Assembly: GCF_000025945.1 (NCBI RefSeq)
Contig: NC_006138.1
Location: 1,350,001 to 1,382,000, forward strand
Origin: Desulfotalea psychrophila LSv54
Lineage (GTDB): Bacteria > Desulfobacterota > Desulfobulbia > Desulfobulbales > Desulfocapsaceae
Length of the DNA: 32,000 nucleotides
Reading direction: 5' to 3'
The first letter of the stretch is position 1; each line of letters starts with the position of its first letter. The notes under the pieces are model-generated. The model was not told the DNA's origin, ran no database searches, and was given only the letters and a program-made list of their open reading frames with translations. Both the position numbers and the translations under genes were made by a program. Shown here in pieces: positions 17,190-27,348 of this stretch.

Positions 17190-18857
17190 ATGTTTTGCCA
17201 TCAGTGTCAGGAAACAGCTAAGGGAACGGGCTGCACCGTTCAAGGTGTTTGTGGTAAAAGAGAAGAGGTTGCTAATCTTCAAGATCTTTTTATTTGGACC
17301 CTTAAGGGTATTTCTGTCTGGGGTCTTAAGGGCAAGGAATTTGCTATTTACGATGAGAAGGTCGCCTTTTTTATCGTCAAGGGTATGTTCGCCACCATAA
17401 CAAATGCAAATTTTAACGGTGCTGATTTCATCGGTTTTATCAAAGAGGCTGTGGTCCATCGTCAGCATCTGCAGGCGCAGGTGCTTCAGGCTCATCTCTT
17501 GGCCCATGGAACAGCCTTTGTTGAAGACCTGCCCGAATGTGCCACTTGGTCCTTTGGGGATGAAACTGATATTCTGGCCAAGGCTTCAAGAGGGACAGGA
17601 GGTTGGCTAGAAATAGTGGATGAGGATGAACGTTCTCTTAAGGCCACTGTTTTGTACGGTTTGAAGGGGCTCTGTGCCTATGCGGAACACGCCTATCAGT
17701 TGGGTGGTCATAGTCGGGAGATCTTTGAATTTCTGATGGAAGCTCTTGCGGCCCTGGTTGATTCTACCCAGACCCTTGAAGAACTCCTGGCTTTGGTTCT
17801 TAAAACAGGGGGGATGGGGGTACAGACCATGGCCCTGCTTGATCAGGTAAATAATGAGAGCTATGGCGCCACTGAAATAAGCACAGTTAGTCTGGGGGTT
17901 GGCGATAAGCCGGGTATTTTGGTCAGTGGCCATGACCTTAAGGATCTGGAAGAGCTGTTGGTCCAAACCGAGGGTAAGGGGGTTGATATCTATACCCACA
18001 GTGAAATGCTTCCGGCCCATTATTATCCCAAACTTAAAAAATATGATCATCTCGTTGGTAATTATGGTAACTCCTGGTGGCTACAGAAGAGGGAGTTTGA
18101 CTCCTTTCACGGGCCGGTCCTCTTTACCTCAAACTGTATTGTTCCTCCTAAACCCGAACATGTTGATCGAATTTTTACCACCGGTGCCGTAGGGGTTGTC
18201 GGTTGTGCCCATATTCCCGATCGCAGTGGGGGCGAGGCTAAGGACTTTTCCCAGATTATCGATCTCGCCCTATCCTCTCAACCACCTGAGCAGATTGAAA
18301 CTGGTACCATCGTTGGTGGCTTTGGTCATAACCAGGTGCTGGCCTTAAAAGACAAAATTATTGATGCGGTAAAATCGGGGGCCATCAAAAGATTCGTGGT
18401 CATGGGAGGATGTGACGGCCGTCATAAAAGCCGTAACTACTATACCGAGGTGGCCAGATTGCTACCTAAGGATACGATTATTCTTACTGCCGGCTGTGCT
18501 AAGTATAAGTATCTTAAGCTTGATCTTGGTGATATCGGTGGTATTCCTCGGGTGCTTGATGCCGGTCAGTGTAATGATTCCTACTCTCTGGCAGTGATCG
18601 CCCTTGAGTTACAAAAGGCCTTTGCCCTTGAAAATATTAACGATCTGCCCATCTCCTATGATATTGCCTGGTATGAGCAGAAGGCCGTTTTGGTTCTTCT
18701 TGCCCTGCTCTCTCTGGGGATAAAGGGTATCCGTCTTGGCCCAACCCTGCCGGGTTTTTTCTCAGAAAATATTGCCAGTATCTTGACGGAACATTTTGAG
18801 ATTAAGGCCATTGGAACTCCGGAAGAGGATGTCGCGGCGATGATGGCGGGGCATTAA
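17190..18857 (+). CDS. hcp: Second hybrid cluster protein / hydroxylamine reductase
   Basis: '[23 protein letters not shown]' from ATG 17190 after GGGGG (the track start at 17148 is too long). All HCP cluster motifs retained, including 'VVMGGCDGRHKSRNYYTEV' and 'TAGCAKYKYL'. Confidence 0.97.
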   Translation: MFCHQCQETAKGTGCTVQGVCGKREEVANLQDLFIWTLKGISVWGLKGKEFAIYDEKVAFFIVKGMFATITNANFNGADFIGFIKEAVVHRQHLQAQVLQAHLLAHGTAFVEDLPECATWSFGDETDILAKASRGTGGWLEIVDEDERSLKATVLYGLKGLCAYAEHAYQLGGHSREIFEFLMEALAALVDSTQTLEELLALVLKTGGMGVQTMALLDQVNNESYGATEISTVSLGVGDKPGILVSGHDLKDLEELLVQTEGKGVDIYTHSEMLPAHYYPKLKKYDHLVGNYGNSWWLQKREFDSFHGPVLFTSNCIVPPKPEHVDRIFTTGAVGVVGCAHIPDRSGGEAKDFSQIIDLALSSQPPEQIETGTIVGGFGHNQVLALKDKIIDAVKSGAIKRFVVMGGCDGRHKSRNYYTEVARLLPKDTIILTAGCAKYKYLKLDLGDIGGIPRVLDAGQCNDSYSLAVIALELQKAFALENINDLPISYDIAWYEQKAVLVLLALLSLGIKGIRLGPTLPGFFSENIASILTEHFEIKAIGTPEEDVAAMMAGH

Positions 18858-19010
18858 TGGCCCCATGAAGAGCAGAGGGTGCTGAGCTAGAAGATGGCCA
18901 TTTCCCCTCTTTTTCTGGTGGAGAATCGATGTGCTATTTTTTCTTACTAGGGGGTGCGGCACAACCTCTTTTTGTCTTTTTTCGGTAAATTCTAACCTGT
19001 AGGAGGGGAG

Positions 19011-20111
19011 ATGAGTGATCCCATCTTTGCCAAAAGACTCAGGGCCTGCCCCCTTATCGGGGCAGGTGTTATTTGTTTTTTTGCTACCATCTTTTGTCTG
19101 GCTGAGTCAAATGCTGCGGAGAGTATAATGAAAAACAGAGAAGATCTTTCTATTACCACCCTGGCAGGAGGATGTTTTTGGTGCCTTGAGGCCGATCTTG
19201 AAAAACTACCGGGGATTGTCGATGTTGTTTCGGGGTATAGCGGGGGTGATCAGAAAAACCCCAGCTATGAAGAGGTGAGCACGGGCAGGACGGGGCATTT
19301 GGAGGCGGTACAGATTCGCTTTGACCCCGAGGTGATCTCCTATGAAGAGATATTACAGAGGTTTTTTCGCCTGCATGATCCAACCGATGCCGGTGGTTCT
19401 TTCGTTGACCGGGGGCGCCAGTACAGTTCAGCCATTTTCTATCATGATGAGGTGCAAAAGGAGATTGCAGAGCGGGTCAGGGATGAGCTTGCCCCTACCT
19501 TTTCCCGGCCCATTGTCACTGAGCTAATTTCTTTTAGGGCGTTTTATCCAGCGGAGGATTATCACCAGAATTATTCGCTGAAAAGCCCACAGGCCTATGC
19601 GCGTTATCGTAGCCTCTCGGGGAGGGATAGTTTTATTGAGGCGATCTGGGGCAGTGCAGGGGAGATGAACTATGAAAAAATGTCAGATGATCAGCTACGT
19701 AAGCGATTGACAGCCCTGCAGTACGAGGTTGTGCGAGAGGATGGCACGGAACCACCCTATGATAATGCCTACTGGGATAATAAAAGGGCGGGGATTTACG
19801 TAGACATTGTTTCTGGCGAGCCTCTGTTTAGCTCTCGGGATAAGTATAAATCTGGTACGGGGTGGCCAAGTTTTATTCGGCCGCTTGTGGCAGAAAATGT
19901 AGTAGAACTTAAGGATAATAGCTTTTTTTTAAGACGTACCGAGCTACGCTCTCTGCATGCAGACTCCCATCTCGGCCATCTATTTACCGACGGCCCGGCC
20001 CCAACAGGCCTGCGTTATTGTATTAACTCTGCTTCCCTGCGCTTTATTCCAAGAGAGGTAATGCAGGCCGAGGGTTATGGTGAATATCTGAGCTCTTTTT
20101 TGCATAATTAG
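19011..20111 (+). CDS. msrAB: Exported bifunctional methionine sulfoxide reductase A/B
   Basis: MsrA '[29 protein letters not shown]' fused to MsrB '[14 protein letters not shown]...[34 protein letters not shown]'. N-terminal hydrophobic export signal. Confidence 0.95.
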   Translation: MSDPIFAKRLRACPLIGAGVICFFATIFCLAESNAAESIMKNREDLSITTLAGGCFWCLEADLEKLPGIVDVVSGYSGGDQKNPSYEEVSTGRTGHLEAVQIRFDPEVISYEEILQRFFRLHDPTDAGGSFVDRGRQYSSAIFYHDEVQKEIAERVRDELAPTFSRPIVTELISFRAFYPAEDYHQNYSLKSPQAYARYRSLSGRDSFIEAIWGSAGEMNYEKMSDDQLRKRLTALQYEVVREDGTEPPYDNAYWDNKRAGIYVDIVSGEPLFSSRDKYKSGTGWPSFIRPLVAENVVELKDNSFFLRRTELRSLHADSHLGHLFTDGPAPTGLRYCINSASLRFIPREVMQAEGYGEYLSSFLHN

Positions 20112-20140
20112 CCCCAGTTTTGTTGAGAGAGGAGAGGGGG

Positions 20141-21412
20141 ATGGAAGACTATCTGGTAACGGGTATATTTTTTTTCATGGGGCTTCTCGCTACGGCAGTG
20201 GTTTCTTCGGTTATCTTTAAGCGCCTCTCCTTTCCCTATACCATAGGCCTGGTCGTTGTTGGTGGGCTCTTGGGTTTTCTTGCCTTTCGTTGGCAACCTC
20301 TGGCCCTTCTGCAAAACATTGATCTCTCGCCCGGGGTAATTCTCTACCTGATTTTGCCAACTCTTATCTTTGATGCGGCTATTAATATAGATACTCATCT
20401 GCTCAGGAGGGATTTTTTTATAATCTTTCTCCTGGCTGTTATAGGTCTCCTCGCCTCAGCCGCAATGATTGGTTACTCTCTTGCCTACTTTACCCCCTTA
20501 AGTCTTGGCGCTGCCCTGCTCTTTGGTGCTCTTATTTCGGCAACTGATCCGGTGGCGGTTATGGCCCTTTTTCGGGAGGTGGGTGCACCACCCAGGCTTG
20601 CCACCCTGATGGATGGGGAGAGTCTGTTAAATGATGCCACCGCCATAGTGCTTTTTGTTATTATTCTTGGCACCATGGGTTTTGATATAGGGCCGGACTT
20701 CAATATGGCCAATCATCCCCTCTTCAGCTTTGTCTTTGTCCTGGCGGGCGGTGTTCTGGTTGGTCTGGTTGTTGGCTGGATTGGTGTCCTTTTGGTTCTT
20801 TTAGATAGGTCGAATTTTATTTCGGAGCTGACAATTAGCTTTGTTGTTGCCTATATATCCTTTTTGGTAGCAGATCATCTCTTTGATGTTTCCGGCGTTA
20901 TGTCGACCCTGACCGCCGGCATCACCCTAAAGGCCTTGGGGGGCAAACATCTTGATGTGGCTAATCTTAAAATGATTAAGCGATTTTGGAACTATTTCGC
21001 CTTTATTGCCAACAGCATGATATTTCTTCTCCTCGGTCTCACAGAAGAGCATGTCTTTTATAATATGATTCATCTCCATCAGCATATGTTCTACCTGCTC
21101 TTTGCCATCCCTGCAGTTCTCGTTGCCCGGGCCATAGTTGTCTGGAGCATAGTGGGTATCTATAATAGATTTGTTGCAAAGGAAAATACTGTGCCGGGCG
21201 CTTATCAGGCTGTCCTTATCTGGGGTGGGCTGCGCGGGGCAATTCCGGTGGCACTTGTTCTGACTATTCCAGCAGAGATGCCCTTTCGTCCCCTCCTGAT
21301 TGATCTTACCTTGGGCTTTGTTCTCTTTACCCTGCTCGTTCAGGGAACGACGGTGAAGAAGATGATGAAGGCTTTGGGCGTGACCGTCAGGGAGGAGGTG
21401 GAAGAGGAGTAG
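20141..21412 (+). CDS. Cation:proton antiporter, CPA1 (NhaP-like)
   Basis: 'GAALLFGALISATDPVAVMALFREVGAPPRLATLMDGESLLNDATAIVLF' and 'IWGGLRGAIPVALVL'. Likely start ATG 20141 (track 20120). Confidence 0.92.
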   Translation: MEDYLVTGIFFFMGLLATAVVSSVIFKRLSFPYTIGLVVVGGLLGFLAFRWQPLALLQNIDLSPGVILYLILPTLIFDAAINIDTHLLRRDFFIIFLLAVIGLLASAAMIGYSLAYFTPLSLGAALLFGALISATDPVAVMALFREVGAPPRLATLMDGESLLNDATAIVLFVIILGTMGFDIGPDFNMANHPLFSFVFVLAGGVLVGLVVGWIGVLLVLLDRSNFISELTISFVVAYISFLVADHLFDVSGVMSTLTAGITLKALGGKHLDVANLKMIKRFWNYFAFIANSMIFLLLGLTEEHVFYNMIHLHQHMFYLLFAIPAVLVARAIVVWSIVGIYNRFVAKENTVPGAYQAVLIWGGLRGAIPVALVLTIPAEMPFRPLLIDLTLGFVLFTLLVQGTTVKKMMKALGVTVREEVEEE

Positions 21413-21442
21413 GTAGCTGTTAACTCACCTATAAAATAGTGC

Positions 21443-22144
21443 CTACTGTCGTTCTAGCCTTTTGTTTGCCAACCTGTAGCTGAGATCTGCTATCCGTTGG
21501 ATTTGATCCTGATAGTGGGAGACCATGAGGATGGTGCACTGCCTCTTGAGTTCGACGAGGAGGAGCTCTATTTTTTCGCAGGCAGCGGCATCAAGGGATG
21601 AGGTCGGTTCATCCAGAAGCAGGATCTCCGGTTGCAGAATCAGGGCCCTGGCAATGCAGAGTCGCTGTTGCTGGCCACCAGAGAGTGTTCTCGCATCACT
21701 GTCCAGCCGATCCTTGACCTCGTCCCATAGATGTACCTCTTGCAGTATTTTCTCCACTCTGCTGGCTTTTTCAACCCTGCTCATCTTTCCCTGAAGACCA
21801 AGGGGGAAGGCAATGTTGCGGCCGATGCTCATAGGGAGTGGATTCGGGCTTTGGAAGACCATTCCTACCCGTCTACGTAGCTGGTCAAGGGCTATCTCTT
21901 TACCATAGATATCGGTTGGCCCTTCCTTGAAATGGATCGTGATTTTTCCCTGCAAATTCCCCTGCCCCTCCTCTTCCCAGAGACGATTAAAGAGTGAGAG
22001 AAATGTCGATTTTCCTGTACCCGATGGGCCGGTGACGGCAATAATTGCCTGTTCGGGAAACTGGAGAGAGATTCCCTTAAGGATGGTTCTCTTTTCATAT
22101 GAAAAGCAGACGTTTTCTAGCGCGATTTTAGGATATTGGCACAT
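21443..22144 (-). CDS. pstB: Phosphate ABC transporter ATP-binding protein
   Basis: Walker A 'GPSGTGKS', 'VFQSPNPLPMSIGRNIAFPL', signature '[15 protein letters not shown]', Walker B 'ILLLDEPTSSLD'. Linked to pstA/C/S. Start at 22144 (MCQYPKIALENV). Confidence 0.88.
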   Translation of the reverse strand: MCQYPKIALENVCFSYEKRTILKGISLQFPEQAIIAVTGPSGTGKSTFLSLFNRLWEEEGQGNLQGKITIHFKEGPTDIYGKEIALDQLRRRVGMVFQSPNPLPMSIGRNIAFPLGLQGKMSRVEKASRVEKILQEVHLWDEVKDRLDSDARTLSGGQQQRLCIARALILQPEILLLDEPTSSLDAAACEKIELLLVELKRQCTILMVSHYQDQIQRIADLSYRLANKRLERQ

Positions 22145-22148
22145 GGCT

Positions 22149-23024
22149 TTATCTCTTGTTGTACTGTGAGAGCATTCGTTCGATGACCCAAGCTCCCAGA
22201 AAAAGAAGGGCGCAGAGGGCGAGGAGGAGGAGTGCTGCCCCGAATCCCCGGTGCAGTTCGTCTCTGTTGCTGTACTGCGAGGAGATATAATAGATATAAA
22301 ATGGGAGCGCTTCAAATTGTTCAAAGAGGGAGCGTATCATCCCCGCCGAGGCAACGGCACCGGTGAGCATGATAACGGCGGTATCCTCTGCTGCCCGGCC
22401 AATGGCGAGGATGATTCCGCCCAGAATGTCCGGTAGCTTGCTGGGGAGGAGGACTTGAAGAATGTTTTGTATCTTGCTGGCCCCGAGGGCCGGGGCTGTC
22501 TGGCGTAGGGTTTGAGGTACGGATTCCAGGGCTGCTTGGCAGGTACGAATAAGATAGGGCAGGATCAAAAAGGCCAGGCTTGCAGCTGAGAGGAGTAGGC
22601 AGGGGCCTATTCTCCCCGGGAACATTTTGTGCAGAAGGATAGTTATGGAAAAACCTGCCAGGCCGATAACGATTGAAGGTAGGCCTGCCAGAATATCAAA
22701 GAGGAGTGAAAAAAATATCTTTGTCTTTCCCCTGGCGTATTCTGCCATATAGATGCCTGCGGCAATGCCAATGGGGATGGCCAATAAGACGGCAAGGAGG
22801 ACAAGGGCAAAGGTCCCCATTAGAGCGGGGAACAGGCCGTCAAAGACCTGGCGGTGGAAGAGGAGTGCATCCACTGCCCCTACCTCGCCAAAGAGAGTTC
22901 GGCTGTTCAGGAATGCGCCACCCTGGTGGAAGAGATAGCCTATGATGGTGAGCAGGGCGGCAAGGAGTAGGGCGAATGCGGCCCATGAAAAGAGGATGCT
23001 GGCCTGTTCGAACAATTTTCTCAT
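22149..23024 (-). CDS. pstA: Phosphate ABC transporter permease PstA
   Basis: 'GLAGFSITILLHKMFPG...LSAASLAFLILPYLIRTCQAALESVPQTLRQTAPALGASKIQNILQVLLP'. Confidence 0.9.
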   Translation of the reverse strand: MRKLFEQASILFSWAAFALLLAALLTIIGYLFHQGGAFLNSRTLFGEVGAVDALLFHRQVFDGLFPALMGTFALVLLAVLLAIPIGIAAGIYMAEYARGKTKIFFSLLFDILAGLPSIVIGLAGFSITILLHKMFPGRIGPCLLLSAASLAFLILPYLIRTCQAALESVPQTLRQTAPALGASKIQNILQVLLPSKLPDILGGIILAIGRAAEDTAVIMLTGAVASAGMIRSLFEQFEALPFYIYYISSQYSNRDELHRGFGAALLLLALCALLFLGAWVIERMLSQYNKR

Positions 23025-23881
23025 CGAAGGTTTTTTCCTACTCTGCTGGAGATAAGATGGAGGGTGGCTACAAAGAGGAGGGTGAAGAGGTAGAGTACCA
23101 GGGCGCAGGCAAAGATTGTCTTGAACTCCATGGAAGAAAAATCTGCGGCAATGACCAGGGCAATATGGCTGGTGAGAGATCGTCCCGGTTCTGTGATTGA
23201 TTCGGGTACGGCAATGCTGTTACCGGCAAGCATCAGGCTGATTAGGGTATCTCCCATAGCTCGTCCAAGACCAAGGATAATTCCTGCGCTTATTGCCGGT
23301 AGGCATTGGGGCAGGAGGACATAGAGTAGCCTCTGGATGGGTCTTGCCCCTAGAGCGTCGGCGGCTCGGCTGTATGGGGCTGGGACATTTTGCAGGCCGC
23401 TGATAAAGAGGGTGATCATGGTCGGGGCAATGAGCAGGGCCAGGATGAGGGCGGCGGTGAGGATGGAAAAGCCGGAGCCTCCCGTGATCATCTCTCGCAT
23501 AAAGGGGACGAGGAGGAAGATGGCGACAAATCCATAGACCACGGTGGGAACACCTGCCATAAGACGTACCATCCCCAGAAGCCTTGGCCGTAAGCCTCGG
23601 GGGGCAAGGACGGTGATGACGGAGGCACTGCCCAGGCTTAGGGGCAGGCTTATGCAGACGGCAAGGATGGATATCTGCATGCTCCCCAGGAGCATGGGGT
23701 AGATACCATATTTGCCGACAGTCGGTTGCCATTCTCCCCGGAGCAGATCGATGATCTCTCCCCCTTCTAGCAGGGGCCAGGCCAGGTAGAGCATCAACAG
23801 AAAAACGGCGATGATCAGACCGCCACTGATCATCGCCGCCAGCTGGAAACAGAGCTCAAGGGGTGATTTTCGTCCAATCAT
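23021..23881 (-). CDS. pstC: Phosphate ABC transporter permease PstC
   Basis: 'GVPTVVYGFVAIFLLVPFMREM...PAPYSRAADALGARPIQRLLYVLLPQCLPAISAGIILGLGRAMGDTLISLMLAG'. 4-bp overlap with its neighbour. Confidence 0.92.
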   Translation of the reverse strand: MIGRKSPLELCFQLAAMISGGLIIAVFLLMLYLAWPLLEGGEIIDLLRGEWQPTVGKYGIYPMLLGSMQISILAVCISLPLSLGSASVITVLAPRGLRPRLLGMVRLMAGVPTVVYGFVAIFLLVPFMREMITGGSGFSILTAALILALLIAPTMITLFISGLQNVPAPYSRAADALGARPIQRLLYVLLPQCLPAISAGIILGLGRAMGDTLISLMLAGNSIAVPESITEPGRSLTSHIALVIAADFSSMEFKTIFACALVLYLFTLLFVATLHLISSRVGKNLR

Positions 23882-24705
23882 CGAACGGCAACAAATCCCT
23901 TGCTGACAACGATATTTTGTCCTGTTGGGCTATAGAGAAAATTGAGAAACAGTTGGGCAAGTCCCGGGGGTTTTCCCACGGTAAGGCTGTAGAGGCCTCG
24001 CGCTACCTTATATTTCCCATTTTGCACGTTTTTGAGATTTGCCACAACTCCATCAATTGCCACAGCCTGTACTGAGCTGTCAATATGGCCGACGGAGACA
24101 TAACCGATACCGTAGGGATCTCCGCCGATGGCGGTCTTCATGGCTCCGTTGGAAACAACCACATTGGCTCTGGTTGAAACGGGCCCTTTCTTCAGGGCCT
24201 TTTTCCAGAAGACACTGCGGGTGCCACTGGCTGTATCCCGTACATAGAGGTTTATTGCCTTGTCGATACCACCTACCATCTTCCAGTTGTCTATTTTTCC
24301 TGCAAATATATCTTGTAACTGTTCACTGGAAAGGTTGGAAACCTGGTTTTTGGGGTTTGCTACGGCGCTTACTCCGTCTGTGGCCCACTTGAATATCTCC
24401 AGGCCATAGCTTTTTATCTCTTTCTCACTGGCCATGCGGCCTGCGTTGCCAATATTAATCATGCCCTCGCCAACCTGTTTGATACCAACCCCGGAACCAC
24501 CACCGGCAATGGTGATGCGAATATCCGGATTTGCCTGCATGATGAGTTTGGCTGCTTCTTTCATCACAGGGATATGGGCGGTGCCGCCGGCAATCTTAAG
24601 TAGGCCCTTTTGCCCGGAAAATGGGCTGAGATCGTCTGCCTGGGCTATGCTGAAGGAGCAGAGTAAAAGGATTCCTATTATGATGGTCTGTAGTCTTCTG
24701 AGCAT
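23878..24705 (-). CDS. pstS: Phosphate-binding protein PstS family
   Basis: Signal peptide, 'ITIAGGGSGVGIKQVGEGMINIGNAGR', 'DTASGTRSVFWKKAL', 'IGYVSVGHI'. Confidence 0.92.
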   Translation of the reverse strand: MLRRLQTIIIGILLLCSFSIAQADDLSPFSGQKGLLKIAGGTAHIPVMKEAAKLIMQANPDIRITIAGGGSGVGIKQVGEGMINIGNAGRMASEKEIKSYGLEIFKWATDGVSAVANPKNQVSNLSSEQLQDIFAGKIDNWKMVGGIDKAINLYVRDTASGTRSVFWKKALKKGPVSTRANVVVSNGAMKTAIGGDPYGIGYVSVGHIDSSVQAVAIDGVVANLKNVQNGKYKVARGLYSLTVGKPPGLAQLFLNFLYSPTGQNIVVSKGFVAVR

Positions 24706-24808
24706 GGTTCTCTCCTGTTAAGTGGTTAAGAACAATGCTCTTAGCATTAATGGCGGGGACGGTCAAATAGATAATCCGGATAGTGAAACCCCTGTCTATC
24801 GGCTAGAT

Positions 24809-27148
24809 CTATGCCTTCTCCCCAGCCTCTTCAGCTCCTGTGAAGCCGAGGGCATCCAGTATCTTGTCGTCGAGATGTCTGTTCTTGCCAATATAGGGAT
24901 GGCAGTGGATATGGATGGCAGGGTTGAAGTTCAGCTCGATAATACTGAAATTATCTTCAGCGGCATCCTCTTCTAGAGAGTCAATCATCATATCGAGACC
25001 GGTGATTTTTACCTGCAGAGCTTGGGCGGCTCGCACGGCAATATCCTTGTATGATTGGGGCACCTTGTCGGTGAAGTCTATGCTGTCTCCGCCTGTGCTG
25101 ATATTTGAGTTTTCCCGCAGATAGATGCGCTGATCCTTGGCCGGAACGGTGGCAAAGGAGTAGCCTTGGCTAGCGAGAAACATCTCTTCAGTTTCCTCCA
25201 GTTTGATCTTCTCGAGCGGGGTTCGATACCCTCTGCCCCGCAGGGGGTTCTTGTTCTTTTCTGTCACTAGTACCTGTACGCTTGATGTTCCGTCGCCCGT
25301 GACATTGGCAGGTACTCTGTGCAGAATTCCAACGACTTGGTCGTTGACGATAAAGAAACGATATTCTTTTCCGCTGCTGAAGTTTTCGATAAGAACCGTC
25401 GCTTCATGCTTGAAGGCCTGAGCGATACCCTGCGCAAAAAAATCATGTCTGTTGTTCTCCTTTATGATTGTTATGCCAATGCCAAAGTTGGTGGATTTCG
25501 GTTTGATGACGATAGCCCTGCCCCGGTAGTAGGGATAGTCTGCCAGCGCTTCCGAGGGGCTGCTATAGCTTCTTCCCTTTGGGGTGTTGATTCCCGCTTG
25601 GTCGAGTATTTTTTTGGTGATGACCTTGTTTTCCATGCTGAGAACGCTGATGTAATTGTCCAGTGAGGTGCGGCTGGCCTGCATTACATATTCTCTCTTA
25701 CCCGCCTGTTCCAGGCAGACAAAGTTTTCCTGCCGATCCATGATCTCAAAGGATACTCCGCGCAGGGCTGCCCGCCTAAGGAGGAGTTGGGTGGAGAGTT
25801 CCATATCTCTCAGACCGTGGAAGATAAACTGTTCATCGTGACTTTTTTTAAGGAACTTTAAGGCCTGTTTCATATGCCATTCGGTAAACCCCTCCTGCTT
25901 GATCTCTTTGAGCAGTGTATCGGTGGGGCGAGACGCTTGGTTTTGCACCAGCCTCTCCAGCTCTTCCATCCCTGCCCTGTATTCCGGCGGGAGGTGTGGG
26001 CTTACTGTTTGCTGGATCTCTTGCAAGCAATGGGCAAGCTGTTTGTCCAGCCTCTGCTCGTTGCCATCAGCGTCGCAGATGATAGCACCTGGATTAAGGC
26101 CTTCAGTTGCGGCCTGTTCCTGGTTTCTATTGGCAGTTTCTTGCTCTTTGCTGGTAAAGGACGTCTCTTCGGGGCAGAGTAGGCAGTAGATGAGGAAAAT
26201 GTGAATTATCTCTGCATGTAGAGGATTGACTCCTGTCTTGAAAAAGGGGTTGAGATCAAGCAGGCGGATCTCCAGGTGATTGATTCTTTTAGGGTCGGTG
26301 GTGGTTTTGATCCGTATCGGGGCGTAATTTTCCCGTATATCCCGGAGAACTTTTTTCTCCACCAACTCTTGCAGACTTTCCCTGTAATCTGTCAGGGTGC
26401 TGTAGTTCAGGTGAAAATCCTGGGTGTTTCTGTAGCCACAGATATTGTTTCGTATGGAGGTGGCATAGGGGAAATGGTAGGCATCCTTGGCGAATGGACT
26501 GAGCATATCTATGCAGTGTTTACGGTAGGACTTATGGATAACCGGGCTTGCCCCCAACAGGCAGATGAGAAACCAGCGATGACGGAGAAAATTACGCACG
26601 GTTTTCATATAGATATCTTCTCTAAACTCTGCAAAGGGCTGTTCTTGCTTTCCCTCTTCATGGAGCAGTTCCAGAAATCTTTCGGGAAGGGAGATGTTGA
26701 AGTGGATACCTGAAAACATCTGCCGTTTTCGTCCATATATCTTGGCCAGTTGCAGACGGTACTCTTCTTGTTCCCGAAACTCGCCCCCAAAATGGGCAAT
26801 GGGGATATCTTCTTCTCTTTCCGGTAATATGGGCGGGGCACTCTGGGGCCAGAGATATTCGTCCTTGAGCTCTATGCTGACCAGGTCGTGCAGGGTCTCC
26901 AGAAAACCTAGGGATTCGGCGATGGAGGGTAGGGGCGGGGTTATTATTTCAATCTGGCTTTCGGAAAAATCGGTGGTGATATAGGGGTGGCTCGTCTTTT
27001 CCCCAAGTTCTCTGGGGTGAGGGGTGAGGGCAAGTTTACCCCTGCTGTCTACCCGGATATTTTCCTTTTCAAAACCAAAAAAACCTTCGAAGATCTGTTT
27101 TGAGATGAGAGGTGGGAGGCTGTCGAGGATGTTTTTGCTAAAAGCCAT
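24809..27148 (-). CDS. gshF: Bifunctional glutamate-cysteine ligase / glutathione synthetase
   Basis: 779 aa. Glutamate-cysteine ligase half 'GFEKENIRVDSRGKLALTPHP...YITTDFSESQIEIITPP' fused to ATP-grasp half 'AIVIKPKSTNFGIGITIIKE...FIVNDQVVGILHRVPANVTGDG...NFSIIELNFNPAIHIHCHPYIGKNR'. Confidence 0.94.
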   Translation of the reverse strand: MAFSKNILDSLPPLISKQIFEGFFGFEKENIRVDSRGKLALTPHPRELGEKTSHPYITTDFSESQIEIITPPLPSIAESLGFLETLHDLVSIELKDEYLWPQSAPPILPEREEDIPIAHFGGEFREQEEYRLQLAKIYGRKRQMFSGIHFNISLPERFLELLHEEGKQEQPFAEFREDIYMKTVRNFLRHRWFLICLLGASPVIHKSYRKHCIDMLSPFAKDAYHFPYATSIRNNICGYRNTQDFHLNYSTLTDYRESLQELVEKKVLRDIRENYAPIRIKTTTDPKRINHLEIRLLDLNPFFKTGVNPLHAEIIHIFLIYCLLCPEETSFTSKEQETANRNQEQAATEGLNPGAIICDADGNEQRLDKQLAHCLQEIQQTVSPHLPPEYRAGMEELERLVQNQASRPTDTLLKEIKQEGFTEWHMKQALKFLKKSHDEQFIFHGLRDMELSTQLLLRRAALRGVSFEIMDRQENFVCLEQAGKREYVMQASRTSLDNYISVLSMENKVITKKILDQAGINTPKGRSYSSPSEALADYPYYRGRAIVIKPKSTNFGIGITIIKENNRHDFFAQGIAQAFKHEATVLIENFSSGKEYRFFIVNDQVVGILHRVPANVTGDGTSSVQVLVTEKNKNPLRGRGYRTPLEKIKLEETEEMFLASQGYSFATVPAKDQRIYLRENSNISTGGDSIDFTDKVPQSYKDIAVRAAQALQVKITGLDMMIDSLEEDAAEDNFSIIELNFNPAIHIHCHPYIGKNRHLDDKILDALGFTGAEEAGEKA

Positions 27149-27348
27149 AGTAGTGGAAACCTTTATCTAAATGAAAGTAAGTAGTTTGTCTTGTGTCTGG
27201 AAAAAGGGCATAATTTTTTAAGCACCCTCCAGAGGGTTGTGGGGAAAGGGCAGAGCTCCTGGTCGAGCTCAATGGTGGAAAATTATGTAAAAAAGATCAG
27301 GGACAAGCTTTTCCTCCCCAGTTTCGTCTATTCTGTTATTTTTGCCTG

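Noticed and set aside
21400-21470. Possible terminator AGTAGGTA...TGCCTACT between the antiporter and pstB
   Set aside because: The stem is only 8 bp with a wobble and a ~22-nt loop, with no clear T tract, so it is too weak to call.
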